Source: Camelus dromedarius
Lineage: Eukaryota
Length of the DNA: 64,000 bases
Direction of reading: 5' to 3'
Assembly: GCF_036321535.1 (NCBI RefSeq)
Contig: NC_087447.1
Span: forward strand, 47,804,001-47,868,000
Shown: positions 1-12,300 of the stretch, in pieces
Position numbering within the stretch: the first letter of the stretch is position 1
How the letters are laid out: every line of letters begins with the position of its first letter
Notes under the pieces: model-generated
Database searches by the model: none
The model's input: the letters and a program-made list of their open reading frames with translations, nothing else
Told to the model about the DNA's origin: nothing
Program-made: the position numbers and the translations under genes

Positions 1-330
1 TGATCAGGCCAGACACAGCCCTGCCTCCATGGAGCTCACAGTCTAGTGGGGAGACAGACACACAGTCACAAAACATGAGGACAATTACCCTTTCACTGAT
101 GAGTCCACGTGACCGGAGGCTTCATGCAGGTGGGGCCCTACCTGTTCTGTTTTGTTCAGGCCCTACTACATAGCAGCCTTCAGTCAATAGTAGTGGAAAA
201 AATGAAAGTGCTGAGGGAGAACAGTGGAGAGAGGGCCTCTCAGGAGACCTTCCGCATTGGAGCTCGGAGTAGGGCCTTCCAGATAGAAGGAAGAGCACAG
301 GGGAAGGCCAGGTGTGTGCAATGAACTAAG
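1..330 (-). mobile_element. L2 fragment
   Basis: CAGACACAGCCCTGCCTCCATGGAGCTCACAGTCTAGTGGGGAGACAGACA. Confidence 0.6.
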
Positions 331-1974
331 GGAGAGGGGCGTGGCTGGCGAGGAGGATCAGCGCAGACGAGGCTGAGAGCCTGCCGAAAGCTCCAGTGCT
401 GTGGCCCCGGGACCTGGGAAGGCTTAGCATCGTGATGTGCCCTTGCTCAGAGCGTGGCCTGACCTGTGAGAGTCTACATTTCCAGAGGGCAGCGGCTGGG
501 TCTCTTCTCTCATGCCCTCCAGGACTGAGCCAAGAACCCAAAACTGAAGATGGATTGATAGAGAGCTGAGTGATGGGTATGGCTGCTCCCGGCTGGCTGG
601 GAGGACCAATCACACTCAGGGCATCGAGTATTGCTGGGGCAGTTTTAGTAAGTAATCGCAGTCACGCAGCAATATCAGATAAGCCGAGTGGCTTTCCGCC
701 CCAGATGGAGGCCCCTATTGCTTTCAGCATCTGTTTGCTCAGGTCCCTTGGCGGCCATTGTCTGGGACAGTGCAGTGTCAGTGACAGGTGATGTCTACCT
801 ACCAGGCACCGAGCCCCAACTGAATGAGCCAGGCCCCCTCCAGACACCAGCTCCAATGCCCAGATTCAAGAAGAAAATTCAGGTGCTAGGAGATTAGGGG
901 TTTAGGCTAAAACAGGATTTTAACCCAGGTTTTTCAAATTTTGATCTTTGCTACTTATGCTGCGGATGCCAGCAAAGCTGTTGCTTATCTGTGAACTCTC
1001 CAGTGGCCTTTACCCAAAACAATAAAAGAGTAAAGGAAGCAGGAAGGCAGGGATGAGGCTGGCTTCTTCTGGAGGTTCACTGGCACGTTCCTGGGGTGCC
1101 CCACCCTTCCTCCAGCCTGAAGCCCTGCCCTACCCTGAGTCATGAGTCTCCAGCACACTTAGGGCAGCTGGGCCCCTTGCACGCACGCAGTTTTCCTCCT
1201 CTGTGGCCCAGGCTCACACTGTACTCCCAGGCATCACCTAGGAAAGCTCCCTCAAGGTATTCAATGGCCACAATCCAAGCCTACTTCTGGGCAAGATGCT
1301 TTATGGGTTTAGGGTGTGCCATGTCTCCTCTGCTAGACTGTGAAGGCCTGGAGGAGAGGGGCTTTCCATTTTTCTCATCTGTGTGCTCAGTAAGCACCTA
1401 CTGCATGCCAGGTGCAGTGCTGGGCACCAGGATACCATTGAAACTGAAATGCCCGGAAACTTCCAACTGCTCTGCCATGCTGGCTGCTCCTGGGTGTACC
1501 ACCCAGGCCTCTTCATGGTCCATCAACTAAGGGGCTAGTGTCTGGTGCACCAGGGGTGCTTCAGGAGCTGAGGCCACATCGACCCACCTCCTTGGACTTC
1601 CCTGGCCTCTCAAGGTAAGTACCAGGTACAGGGCAAGGCCTCACAGGGGTGGGTGCGGGGCAGTGTTCATGATGATTCATCTGCTGATGGCCCAGGAGAA
1701 CGTAAAGTTCTGTTGGGCACAAATGTGCCTGAGGCCTTGAGAGCCATTCTGTGTCAGTCTCCTCACCGGTAACCCTCAGAGTCAAGCTTGGCTGAGTAGA
1801 GGCCTTTGCTACCCCTTCCTTTTCTCCCACTGGCTCCAGGATCCAGCCGGCTCTCTCCCCTCACCACCTTCTGTGTCACTTATGGACTGGTGGCCTTGGT
1901 GGCAGGTGCCACTTCCCTGGAGCCTGTGGACTCCTCATCAGCTCCATCTAAGAACCCTACAGGAGCCTGAGACC

Positions 1975-2170
1975 TTATACAGGTTCTGTTCTAAGCACAT
2001 TACATGAATTATCTCATCTCATCCCCCAACAAGCCTATAAGATAGACAATATTATTATTTTTATTTTATTTGTGGAAACTGAGGATTATAGAGTTTAAGT
2101 AAATTAATAAGTGATTAATCAGGATTTGAATCTAGGGTTGTCTATTCCAAACAATTCCTCTTAACCTCTA
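1975..2170 (-). mobile_element. MIR
   Basis: GTTCTAAGCACATTACATGAATTATCTCAT...GGAAACTGAGG...GGATTTGAA...CTCTTAACC. Confidence 0.75.
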
Positions 2171-2794
2171 CAGTGCCCTTCCCTGCATTTGTGCTTGAGG
2201 AAGGCCTCGTTCAAAGGCATGCTTGATATCCTCATGTGACAGATAGAGGAGTGTTTGCTCAGTAGAGAAGGAAATAGCCCCTGAAAAATGGGTGGGAGCA
2301 TCTATGGATATTATGTGGGATTAAGGTATCGTTCTGCTGATTGATTTAGAACATAACCATCAGGCCTGAAGACTACGCCTGTGGAAAGGCAGTGAGGCGT
2401 CTCATCTCAGGTTCTTCCTGGTGTAAGTCCCCTGGGGAGGATGTGTGGTCCAGGGCCTGGAAAGCAGGACTGCTGTGGGGTCCTAGGCTACGGAAGAGAG
2501 ATCCTGACTCTCTTAGTTTGAATTTTTAAAGATATTGGTGTCTACAAGGGAGCTCCCAAGCCAGGAAGAGGCTGTTCAGGAAATTGAAAAGCAAGGTCGC
2601 CATCAGGGAAGCCTTATTTTTCTCCCTGGGGTCAATTAGCACCTGGAAAACAAATGACACCTTTTAAAACAAATGGTTTAGTAGGTCACACTTTGTTCCC
2701 CCATTGCCATCCAGGTCTGAACAGCCTTGTTACAGCCTTTGTAAAGGTTTTAAAACGATACATTTTTTTTTAGGTAATTAAAAAAAAGCTTTAA

Positions 2795-3330
2795 AGAAAT
2801 CAACTTTTAAAAAGAATAGTTTTCTATTTACAGAGAAGTTGCGAAGATTGTACAGAAGATTCTCATACACTCAGTTTCCTTTGTTGTAACATCTTGTATT
2901 TGTCACAACTAATGAACCAATATTGGCACGTTATTATTAACTAACTAGAGTACATACTTTATTCGGATTTCCTTAATTTTTACCTGATGTCCTTCCTCTG
3001 TCTCAAGATACCTCCTCACATTTAGTTATCTTGCCTCCCTACCTTCTTGCTGGTCTGGACAATTGCTTAGACTTTTCGATGATCTTGACAGTTTTGAGTG
3101 GTATTGGTCAGGTATTTTGCAGACTAGCTCTCAAGTTGTGTTCTTCTAATGTTTTTCTCATGATTAGACCAGAGTTAGGAGTTCCTGGGGGTAAGACTTC
3201 ACAGGCAAAGTGCCAATCTCATGACATCAGATCAAGGGTTCATTCCATCATCGTGATTCATAGCTGTGATGTTAACCTTGATCACATGGCTACTGTTATA
3301 TCCATCAGGTTTCTCCACTGCAGAGTTACT
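2795..3330 (-). mobile_element. Old L1 (L1MC-like) 3' UTR fragment
   Basis: TTTACAGAGAAGTTGC...AACTAATGAACCAATATTG...TTAACCTTGATCACATGGCT...TTTCTCCACTG pattern. Confidence 0.7.
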
Positions 3331-3604
3331 AAGGAGATGCATTCTGTTCTGTACTAATCCAGCTCACTAAGAAGGGAGGGGCAGCATCCCTGGAAGTCTG
3401 CATGGTGGTGATCACAGTAACCAGTGAGAGAATCCACAGTGAGGAAGGTGGATCTCAGAGGGCAGCCCCCTCTTAGCTTCAAAGGCTTTGGGCTCTACCA
3501 GCTTCAACAGGGAGTAGGTCTCATTCATCTCTGAGTCCCAGATCCCCAGCACGAGGCTGTCTGCTGAATGCATTGGATCATTGGATTTTTTTTTTCTTTT
3601 GCAG

Positions 3605-4100
3605 ATGTATTTTTTAAATTAAAGTGAAATTCACTTAACATAAAATTAACCATGTTAAACTGCACAATTCAGTGGCATTTATACATTCACAGTGTTGTGC
3701 AACCACCCCCTCTATCTGGTTCCAAAATGTTTTCATCACCCCCAAAGAAAATTCCATCCCCATTAAGCAGTCACTTCCTATTTCCCTCTCCCCCTCAGTC
3801 TCTGTTACCTATTCTGGATGTTTCATATAAATGAAATCATATAATATGTGACCTTTTGTGTTTGGCTGCTTTTGCATAGAGTAATGTTTGCAGGGTTCAT
3901 CTACACTGTAGCATGTGTCAGAACTTCATTCCTTTCGTGGCTGAGTAATACTCCATTGTATGTATGTAGCACATCCTTTCATCCATTGATGGACAGCTGG
4001 GTTGTTTCCACCTTTTGGCTATTGTGAATAGTGCTGCTATGAACATTCATAAATATGTATTTGTTTTAGTATCTGCTTTCAATTCTTTTGTGTATACCTC
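3605..4100 (-). mobile_element. L1MB-like 3' end
   Basis: GTGAAATTCAC..AACATAAAATTAACC...ACATTCACAGTGTTGTGCAACCACC...TTTCATATAAATG...GTTGTTTCCACCTTTTGGCTATTGTGAATAGTGCTGCTATGAACATT. Confidence 0.85.
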
Positions 4101-5371
4101 TGCACGACTGGATTTTTAAAGAAGGTGTTATTTCTTCACAGGTTTTCAGGATGTTGATCAAACTTATGCAGCAGCTCAGGTTATGGACCAGGACCTGTGG
4201 GAAGGGGATCTCTGTCTTGGGCTCAGTTCAGGTTATCATCTTATTATTAGGTTGGATAAAGATAGCACACATGTATCAAATTCACCCACAAGAAGTCAAG
4301 AGGAAGGGTTAAAAGCGACAATTCAAATACATAAAGCGGGCAAAGTATCAAGTCTTGCATTAGGTTTCTTCAAATGATTATCCAAGCACAGGATGTGGGC
4401 GAATTGGTTTACCAAAAATAATGCTAAAAAGAGCTCAGAGTTGGAGCTGACCGCAACTCTACATGAGTCAAAGGCAATGGCTACCAAGCAAGCAAATATA
4501 GGAGGCATTAACAGAGATATACTGCGCTCTCAGCCAGACCTACCTGAGCTGGGGTCTCTCTGACATATTGAGCTGTGCTCTGGGTCAGGAGAAAATGACC
4601 AAACTATGGAGTCCTGGAAACACAGGTCATATGACTAGTGAGCAGAGGATTAAAGTGTAAGCAAGGGGGCTGGAGCAGGGTCTTTGTTACCTGGGGTCTG
4701 CAGGGCTGGTACCTGGGAAAGAAGGTTTTTTTCCTACCAGGGAGTGAGCAAGCCCCCTTCCTTTTAGGGTAGGGCATATGGAATGAGCAGGGGAAAGATT
4801 CAGAAGGACATCAGGTGTGCCCAGGTGACTGGGGTGGGGGGGTGGTCGGATGACTGCCCTGAGGTGTTTCAACAAGAAACAAATTTAGCCTAAGGGGGAG
4901 AGGTGGGCAAAGGGAATGAACCTCCAGAGGGGTTGGTTTTGTCTCTTCACCTCCACTCTCCTTCCTCTCCTCCTCCTCTGTCTCCCTTTTCCTCCAGGCT
5001 GGCACCTAGGACCATTCTATCCTGGGAAGAGAAAGCAAAATCTCAACACAAATTAAGGATTTTTGTTAGAATGATGAGCTCAATTCAGCAGGGTAGAATT
5101 TTACTGGCTAGGTTGTAAAAATCCGGGAAAATGTTTGTGCCATTATGGTGAATTAAAAAAAAAAAAAAGCAGAGGATACAATTGTGTATACATTATGACT
5201 GGGTTAAAACGCATAGAAAGCTGGTATAAAACAATCCAAATCTTGACATCAGTTATCTGTGTGGATCAGAACTGTTAGAATTTTTTATTTTGTGTTTTAT
5301 ATTCTTCTGCATTTTTCAAATGTTCTGTAATGAGGAGATGTTATCTCTCCAATCAAGAAAAAAATCCAGAA

Positions 5372-5474
5372 CATGAAAATGAATATATGTATATTCGTGT
5401 ATGACTGAAAAATTGTGCTGTACACCAGAAAGTGACACAGTGTTGTAAACTGACTATAACTCAATAAAAAAAAA
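5372..5474 (+). mobile_element. Short L1 3' end, camelid-type
   Basis: GAAAATGAATATATGTAT...ATGACTG...TGCTGTACACCAGAAA.TGACACA...GTAAACTGACTATAACTCAATAAAAAAAAA. Confidence 0.75.
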
Positions 5475-8359
5475 TTCTGAAATAAACTCAACCTCGGCAT
5501 GAAAAAAAAAAGAAAAAGATAAAACCCCAACTATGTTTAGTACTTGAGGACATACTTAACAGGGAAAGCTGTGGAGTGCTATGGAAGCAGTGCCTGCAGT
5601 TTTCACGTGGCTGCTTCCTGCCCTGCCCTGGGCTGGCTGTATGGCACCTCCCGCCCCTGTCCCCATTCTCAGTGGTTCTTCTGGTCCCTTGGACCTCCCC
5701 ACACAGGGCCCCGTTCCCAGCAGGCACTTGGGAAACTTCAGTAAACACATGATGTTTTGCTTGAAGAGTCATACAAACAGGTGAATCTAGAGTAGAGAGG
5801 AGAGACCTAGCTCACTCTCAGATAGAAAAGATCCCAGGGGTGCGGAGACCACCAGATGGGTGCAGCCAGTAGCGCTGAGCCATTGCAGATTGGAGCAGGC
5901 CTCTCCTTTCCTGATGGCCCTGCAGTCAGCCATCAGCCTGGATGGACCCTAAGTCCTGAGGAGCCAGGGGCAATGTGTGCAGCTCATGTGGTCTCCAGAC
6001 ATCACCAAGTGAGAGCCGGGATTCACTGATCACCTCCTTAGTGCTGCCCTGGGCTGACTCTTTGTGTCCATTAATTTAATCCAAGCAGGCCCACCAGGTC
6101 AGTGTTGTTACTCCATTTTACCTACAAGAAAACTGAGACTCAGATTAAGCACCAGGTCCCACAGCTAGTGTATAGTGAAATGCTTTTAACCATTGTTGCC
6201 CACAGCCTCAAAATAATCTACAACACTTCAGCTTTCTGCTTGGTGAAATGGCCTGTCTCTTGTCCTTCTTGGCCTTGATGCAGCCCCATTGATGGTTTGG
6301 TTATTGCATGTGATGACACTTTAACTGTGGCCTTGGAGAAAGGACCTCCTGCTCACTTCCTCATCCCTCAGGGATGGCAGAGCTGGAGGTAAGAGTTGCA
6401 GAGACCCCACTCCTACCCCGACCTGGCTCTGGTGAGCTGTTCTGGGCCCTGGGGTGGTGGAGTCTGTGTGGCCTTGAAGATATAGAGGGGACCCTCAGGG
6501 GAATCATATAAGGCAGGTCTCAGGTCCCAGGTTGGGGTGAGTTCCTGTTGCCAAGGACACTGTGATCAGAACCTGGACAGGACAATTGGGATTCCATGAA
6601 AGAGCAGCTGGAAGTCATGACCACAGAGGGCCTTTCTATCCTTCAGATTCTAAGATTCTACAACTTGTAAGACTCTCAGATATTGACAGGGTCAGGAGGC
6701 AGTGATGAGACAGTGGGTTGGTGCCTTCTCCCATCTGGTCAGATGCTTTCAGAGCCTTAGCCTACCCACAGGGACATAACCATGGGCATCCTTGCCACAT
6801 TCCAAGAGTGGGACTGTTGTTTGTGTAGCTGCTAGTAGGACTTCTGCTGGGAGTCAAAGACACTTGCCCCTAGGGGCCGAGACATTGCACTCTGGACAAA
6901 TTCAAGAGACATTTTCAGTCATGTGTTGGGGAGAAGGGGTTGTCTGGGCTGGGCACCGTGGATTCAGTGAGTGATCATTCAGTCCCTGCCCTTGGATGGA
7001 GGTGGACAGACCCAGAGTCGGGGGCTCAATGCTGAGGTGGAGGGCACACAAGGGATGCAGAGCCAGAGGGAGGGTTCCTAACTCTGGGGACATATACCCA
7101 GGGACTTTGCAGGGCTGGTTCTCTCCTCCTTCAGTTCCTCCAGCAATCTATGGGGCCCAATCTGGTGGCCTCAGAATAGCCAGTGGTGTGCTGATGCCCA
7201 GGCCCCAAGTACACTGAGTCATGGCAGCCCAGCTCTGGTTGCTGGACATCAGGAGAGAGTCACAGCTGCCCCATGAGGCCCACTGGGTAACTGAAACGAG
7301 ACTGACGGTTTGTGGACATTGAGCAACTGCTGGGCTTCCTGAAACTTCAAGTTTCTTTCTGAACCACTCCCCGTCTTCCTCTTTCAGGGTCAGGCTTGGG
7401 GCTGGGCAGTATCCACAAGCCCACATTCACTTATTTATTCATTTAACAGTCATTTGCTTACCACTTCCTTGTTCCTGTCTGTCCTGGGCTTGGGGGCCTC
7501 AGAGAGACATCTATGAGGTTTTGCCCTCTTGGGTTCCCTGGCTCAGATAACAGTACCACCATCTACTCCTGCAGCCAAGGCAGAAATCCAGGCATTAATC
7601 TGGACCCTTTCCTCACTTTCCCCCTCCCCCTGCCCCCCCTCCTGTTCTCCGATATTGCCCTATCCTTCCCCTGTCACATTTATTATCTTTTATTGTAAAA
7701 GCTCCAATTGTCTACCTTTGCCTTCAAGACGGAATGAAGGCAGAGACTGTGTCTGTCTTGTTTTCTGCTGTATTCCTGGCACCTGGCACTTAGTAGATGC
7801 TCATTAAACATTATTGAATGAATTAGTAAGTCCCTTTAATTCCATTTCCTTAGTATTCCTTGGATCCATACCCTTCTCCCTATCCTTAGCCACAACTTTT
7901 GTTCAGATCTCATCCTCCACCCAAACTACAGAGCAGCCTCCTTATGGCACTGCCTGCCCACCTCCCCGATTCAGTTTATTTTCCACACCACAGCCAGACT
8001 GCTCATTCTAAAGTGCCCATTCACCCTACTCAGAATGCTTCCCAGCTCCCCACCACTCACAGAAACACAGCCACATTTCTGGGATGAAAAAAAAAATTGA
8101 AGTAGATATGACTGATCATCCCACTCTCTACTGCTTGTGAAAATAATCAGGAAGGAAAGCAAAAATACAAAAACTTGCTGTGATACTATATACACTAAAG
8201 ATAAGAGACAACACCAACGTGAAGTGCAAGGGAGAAATTGCACTAACTAGATGGTAGACCGGAACAGATTGAGAAACACATTCTTGGATGACACATTGCT
8301 TCCTCCTCCCTCTGAAACAGAATAGCGTGTGTCATACTGTGTCATTAGCTGACCATGTG

Positions 8360-8820
8360 TCCCCTTCTCCCTTGACTGCCAGCTCCCTATGGACAAGAAT
8401 CATTTCTAACTTCTCTTGGTGTCTCTGGCACCTAGCACAGGGCTTGGCACATAATAGGCACTCAGTACATATTTGTTGAATGAATGAATCAGAGGATTAA
8501 GTGAATTAATGAATGAAGAACTAATGGTTCCAAAGTAAGTAAATTAGACTAATTCCCTCTGCCTACTGTTCTCTTAGGGACTCAGGGGCAGCACTGACTA
8601 GGTGGACCTTTGGCCATCCCTCAATGACTCAAGATTATCTTCTAAGCCAATCAGAGTGGTTGAGGGCACAGATTCTAGGGTGAGAAAGCCATGGTGGAGT
8701 CTGGCTCCTTCAGTGAGATTGGCAAGTCATCTAACCTCTCTGTGCCTCACCTTTGTCATCTGTAAACTGAGGATAGTCATAACACCAACTTTAGAGGGCT
8801 GTTGTGAAAACTGAATTTAT
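8360..8820 (+). mobile_element. L2 3' end followed by MIR
   Basis: GCACCTAGCACAGGGCTTGGCACATAATAGGCACTCAGTACATATTTGTTGAATGAATGAAT, then GGCAAGTCATCTAACCTCTCTGTGCCTCA...CATCTGTAAA. Confidence 0.75.
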
Positions 8821-8824
8821 GCCT

Positions 8825-8962
8825 GTGTGTGTGTAAATTTAGTGTATATCTATTTAACGTATATATATAGGTATATATAAATTTACATGTATATTCTATA
8901 CCATATATTATACAATATATACTATATATTTATATCTAAATATAGATATAGATAGTGATATT
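8825..8962. repeat. Degenerate (TA)n low-complexity tract
   Basis: TATATA-rich run following a MIR. Confidence 0.8.
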
Positions 8963-9344
8963 TAAGTGCCAGCTATTATTGATGATGATGGTGATGACAG
9001 TTCTCTAATCCACCCCATCAGCTTTTCTTTTTCTGTGTCTACAACATCTGTCTCGCGGTGGGATTGAGACTTCCACCATTATTAAGCAGTGCAGCACACA
9101 GCTGGGAGGGGCAGGAGGCGGTGCCTTGCCTGGCTTTCTCTCTGCTGTTGGAGAGAGAGTGAACAAAAACAATCCATATGGGACCTGTGGAAAGATCCTA
9201 CATACAGAAGGAAGAAAATCTCTTAAGTGATTCAGATAAAAGAAAAAGAATAAAACTCTAAAAGTCATCTACTGAGTAGTCTCAAAACAAACACTCACAC
9301 AAGGAAGCTTTGATATAGTGGTTATTTGCTGGGTGCCTCTCGAG

Positions 9345-12300
9345 TGGGCAAAGGATGTGAATAGACAGTTTACAGAAATGGAAATGCAATTAGCTCTCAA
9401 ACAAGAAAAGATGCTTGTCTCTCTCATAAGAGAAATGCAAACCCAAACTAGAGGGAGATGTGATTTTTCTACCTATCAGATTGGCAGAAATCCAAGAAAT
9501 CTCACAGGGAAGCCCTTGTGAAATCCACTGTCAAGATTTTAAATCCTTTGGGGATTTCACTTTGAAGAATTCACTCTTCCCTCCCTTTCAGCCATGTTGT
9601 TAAAGTGAGATTTCTTTCACTCCAGCTCCAAGGATGGCTGTGAATCCCTGAAGCCCACTAAGTTTCTCATCATCCAGAAGAGATTATCAAAAATTGGGCC
9701 AGCTACTTAGGCACTCTGAGCTTTGTTTCCTTGTCTGTAAAATGCAGACAACAGTAGGGACTCATGGAAAGCAGCCAGCACATTCTGTAGCACATAACCA
9801 ATAAGTGACACCTTTTATTGACTTTAGTAATTGGATACATATGACTTTAAATATATGTGTTCGACAATCTAAGGCTTATAGAATTACAAACTAAAGCTCT
9901 ACTTTCTAAATCATTATAGAAGATAAAAACAAAAAAAAACATAGAAAGTGTAGCAAGAAACAGAAAAACAAAGCAATAAGGAAGCACAAAAATAAAGATG
10001 TAAAATGAGGCTATACCAGTTATGGAATGAATGTAAATAAATTATGCTATGCTATTGAAGGCAAAGATTCTCACAGTTTCGGGTTGTTTTTTTTTTTAAG
10101 TCTCAAGTTTAAAAACAAAATTAAATCCTTAAAATACACAGAATGTACAAGGATATTAAAGATATTCATGTAAAAAATGAGATGAGTATCAAAAGAAAAC
10201 ATAGGCAAGAGATCTTGGAGAAGGAAAGGACTTTGTAATTATGGCTCAAAATCCAGAAGCCATAAGAGAAAAGATTGATAGATTCAACCACAGAAAAATA
10301 AAAACTTCTACAATTAAAAAAGAAAAGTCAAAGTAAATTCAAAAGACAAATGATAAATTGGGAAAAATCATTTTTAACTCAGACAACAGAGGGATAGATA
10401 ATCTTCCTAAAATCTAAAGAGCTAATAGGAATGAATAAGACCTTGAACCTAATAGAAAAATGGCTAAAGGATGTAATAGAAAAAGAAATGCAGATAGATC
10501 TTAAATAGCTCCTTTGTTATGAAAGATGTGCTCAAAATAAGAGAAATGCAAATTCAAACTACACTGAGAAATGATTTTTCACCTATCAGATGGGCAAAAT
10601 TCCAAAAGTTTGCTATCACAGTATTGGCAAGGCTATAGGGAAATAAGTTCTCTCATTCAGTGTTGATGGTAGGGTAAATTACTACAACCCCAGCGACGTG
10701 CAATTTGGTAGTGGTTATCGAATTTGCAAATGCACAATCCTTTTGATCTAGTAATAATATTTCTGTGAAATTTTCCTACATGAACAAAAAGTATGTACAT
10801 ATTCATTGCAACATTGTTTGCACTAGCAAAAATTGGAAACAATCCAAATGTCCACCAACAGAAGACTGGTTAAATACATTTCTGGTACCCTAGAAAGAAT
10901 GAGGAAACTTGTACTAATTTCGAAAAATCCCCAAGATACAAGTAAGTGATAAAATGTAAGGTCATGTGTATTATAATGCTATGTTTGTGTTTTTAAAAAA
11001 AAAGGAAAATAAGTAGAAATATTTGTGTTTGCACAGAGAAACTCAAGGATACACAAGAAACTATAAAACCACCTTCCAGCTTAGGAGTGAAGGGAGGAGT
11101 GGGAACTGGGTAGATGAATGGTGGGGAATGGAGGGAGACTTTTCTCTGTATATCTTTTCCCCTGTATTTCCTATATTTTCAATTGTTGAAACATGTAAAT
11201 ATATTACTCATTCAAATTTTTAAGTAAAAAAAAGACAAAGAAAATTTACGTTAAAAATACCATAGACAAAGCTATGTTAGCTAAGTGCAAAGTAGGGGAT
11301 GGTAATAGTGATATAATAACAAAAATTCTCCCTCTCTCCGTTCAGAGACAGCCCGCACTCTGTCTATGGAGTGTGTACCTACTTTTAATCTGAGCATCCA
11401 ACCCCCACACCTCGTGGCCTTTCTCTTGCCTTTCAATGTATCTCTCTGAATAAATCTATCTTTACTCAAAAAAAAAAAAAAAAAAGAACAAAAATTGTGG
11501 CTAAAAGCATTAAATGGGATAAAAGTATACTTTTACTTATTAAAAAATATACAATCCATAGTGAGGAAGACATAGTGAATCATAGAACATCGACATTGAT
11601 TAAGTATAAATAGAAGGAGAGGTTAATATAAATAAAGTATTCAGAGAGACTTTATCTGTCTGATAGGTTATATAAGCTAAAAATAAATATATGGATATAC
11701 ATTATTTTAAAATACATGTGTGCATGTACATATAGAATACAACTAGACTAATAAAACATCAAAAGATGGCTCCTATAAGTGCACACGTTGCCTTTTAAAA
11801 AATCCATAGAACACATAAAAAGTAAATTCTAAAAAATAAAATATATACAAACTACAGACTTTAATTAAACCAACGTCCCCTATATACCTGAAATAAAACT
11901 AGGCATTCTAACACAGGTTTAAACAATTAAAAGTAACAACACCTAAGCCTAAATATTCCCCTAAGAAGACTTTTTATTGGGTCAAAGAGAAATTAAAAAT
12001 TCAATTGCCAGCCATTTATAAAATAATGGTAAAGAAACTTTACATATCAAAATGTACAATATGCAACCAAAGCTAAATTTAGAGGGAAATCATAGCCTTA
12101 AATGCTTATGTTATTTAAAAAGAATGACAATAAACAAAATAGGCATCCACTTTAGAGAGCTTGTAGAAAAAGAACAGAAAAGCTATCCCAATGTAATTAA
12201 AGGGAAGAAAATAATAAACAAAAAAGCAGGATTACTTAGTAAACTATAGAAGTGAGAAATAAATTCAGGTGTATTTTAAAGAAGCAAACAAAAAAATTCC
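9345..12300 (+). mobile_element. Cluster of old L1 (L1ME/L1M-like) fragments
   Basis: A-rich, ORF2-derived segments (GGGCAAAGGATGTGAATAGACAGTTTACAG; AGAAATGCAAATTCAAACTACACTGAG; TTCATTGCAACATTGTTTG...TTGGAAACAATCCAAATGTCCA). No intact ORF. Confidence 0.75.
11328..11485 (+). mobile_element. Retroposed, polyadenylated LTR-like fragment
   Basis: LTR R-like sequence, AATAAA 11449-11454, A18 tail 11468-11485, and TSD AACAAAAATT at 11318-11327 and 11487-11496. Confidence 0.75.
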
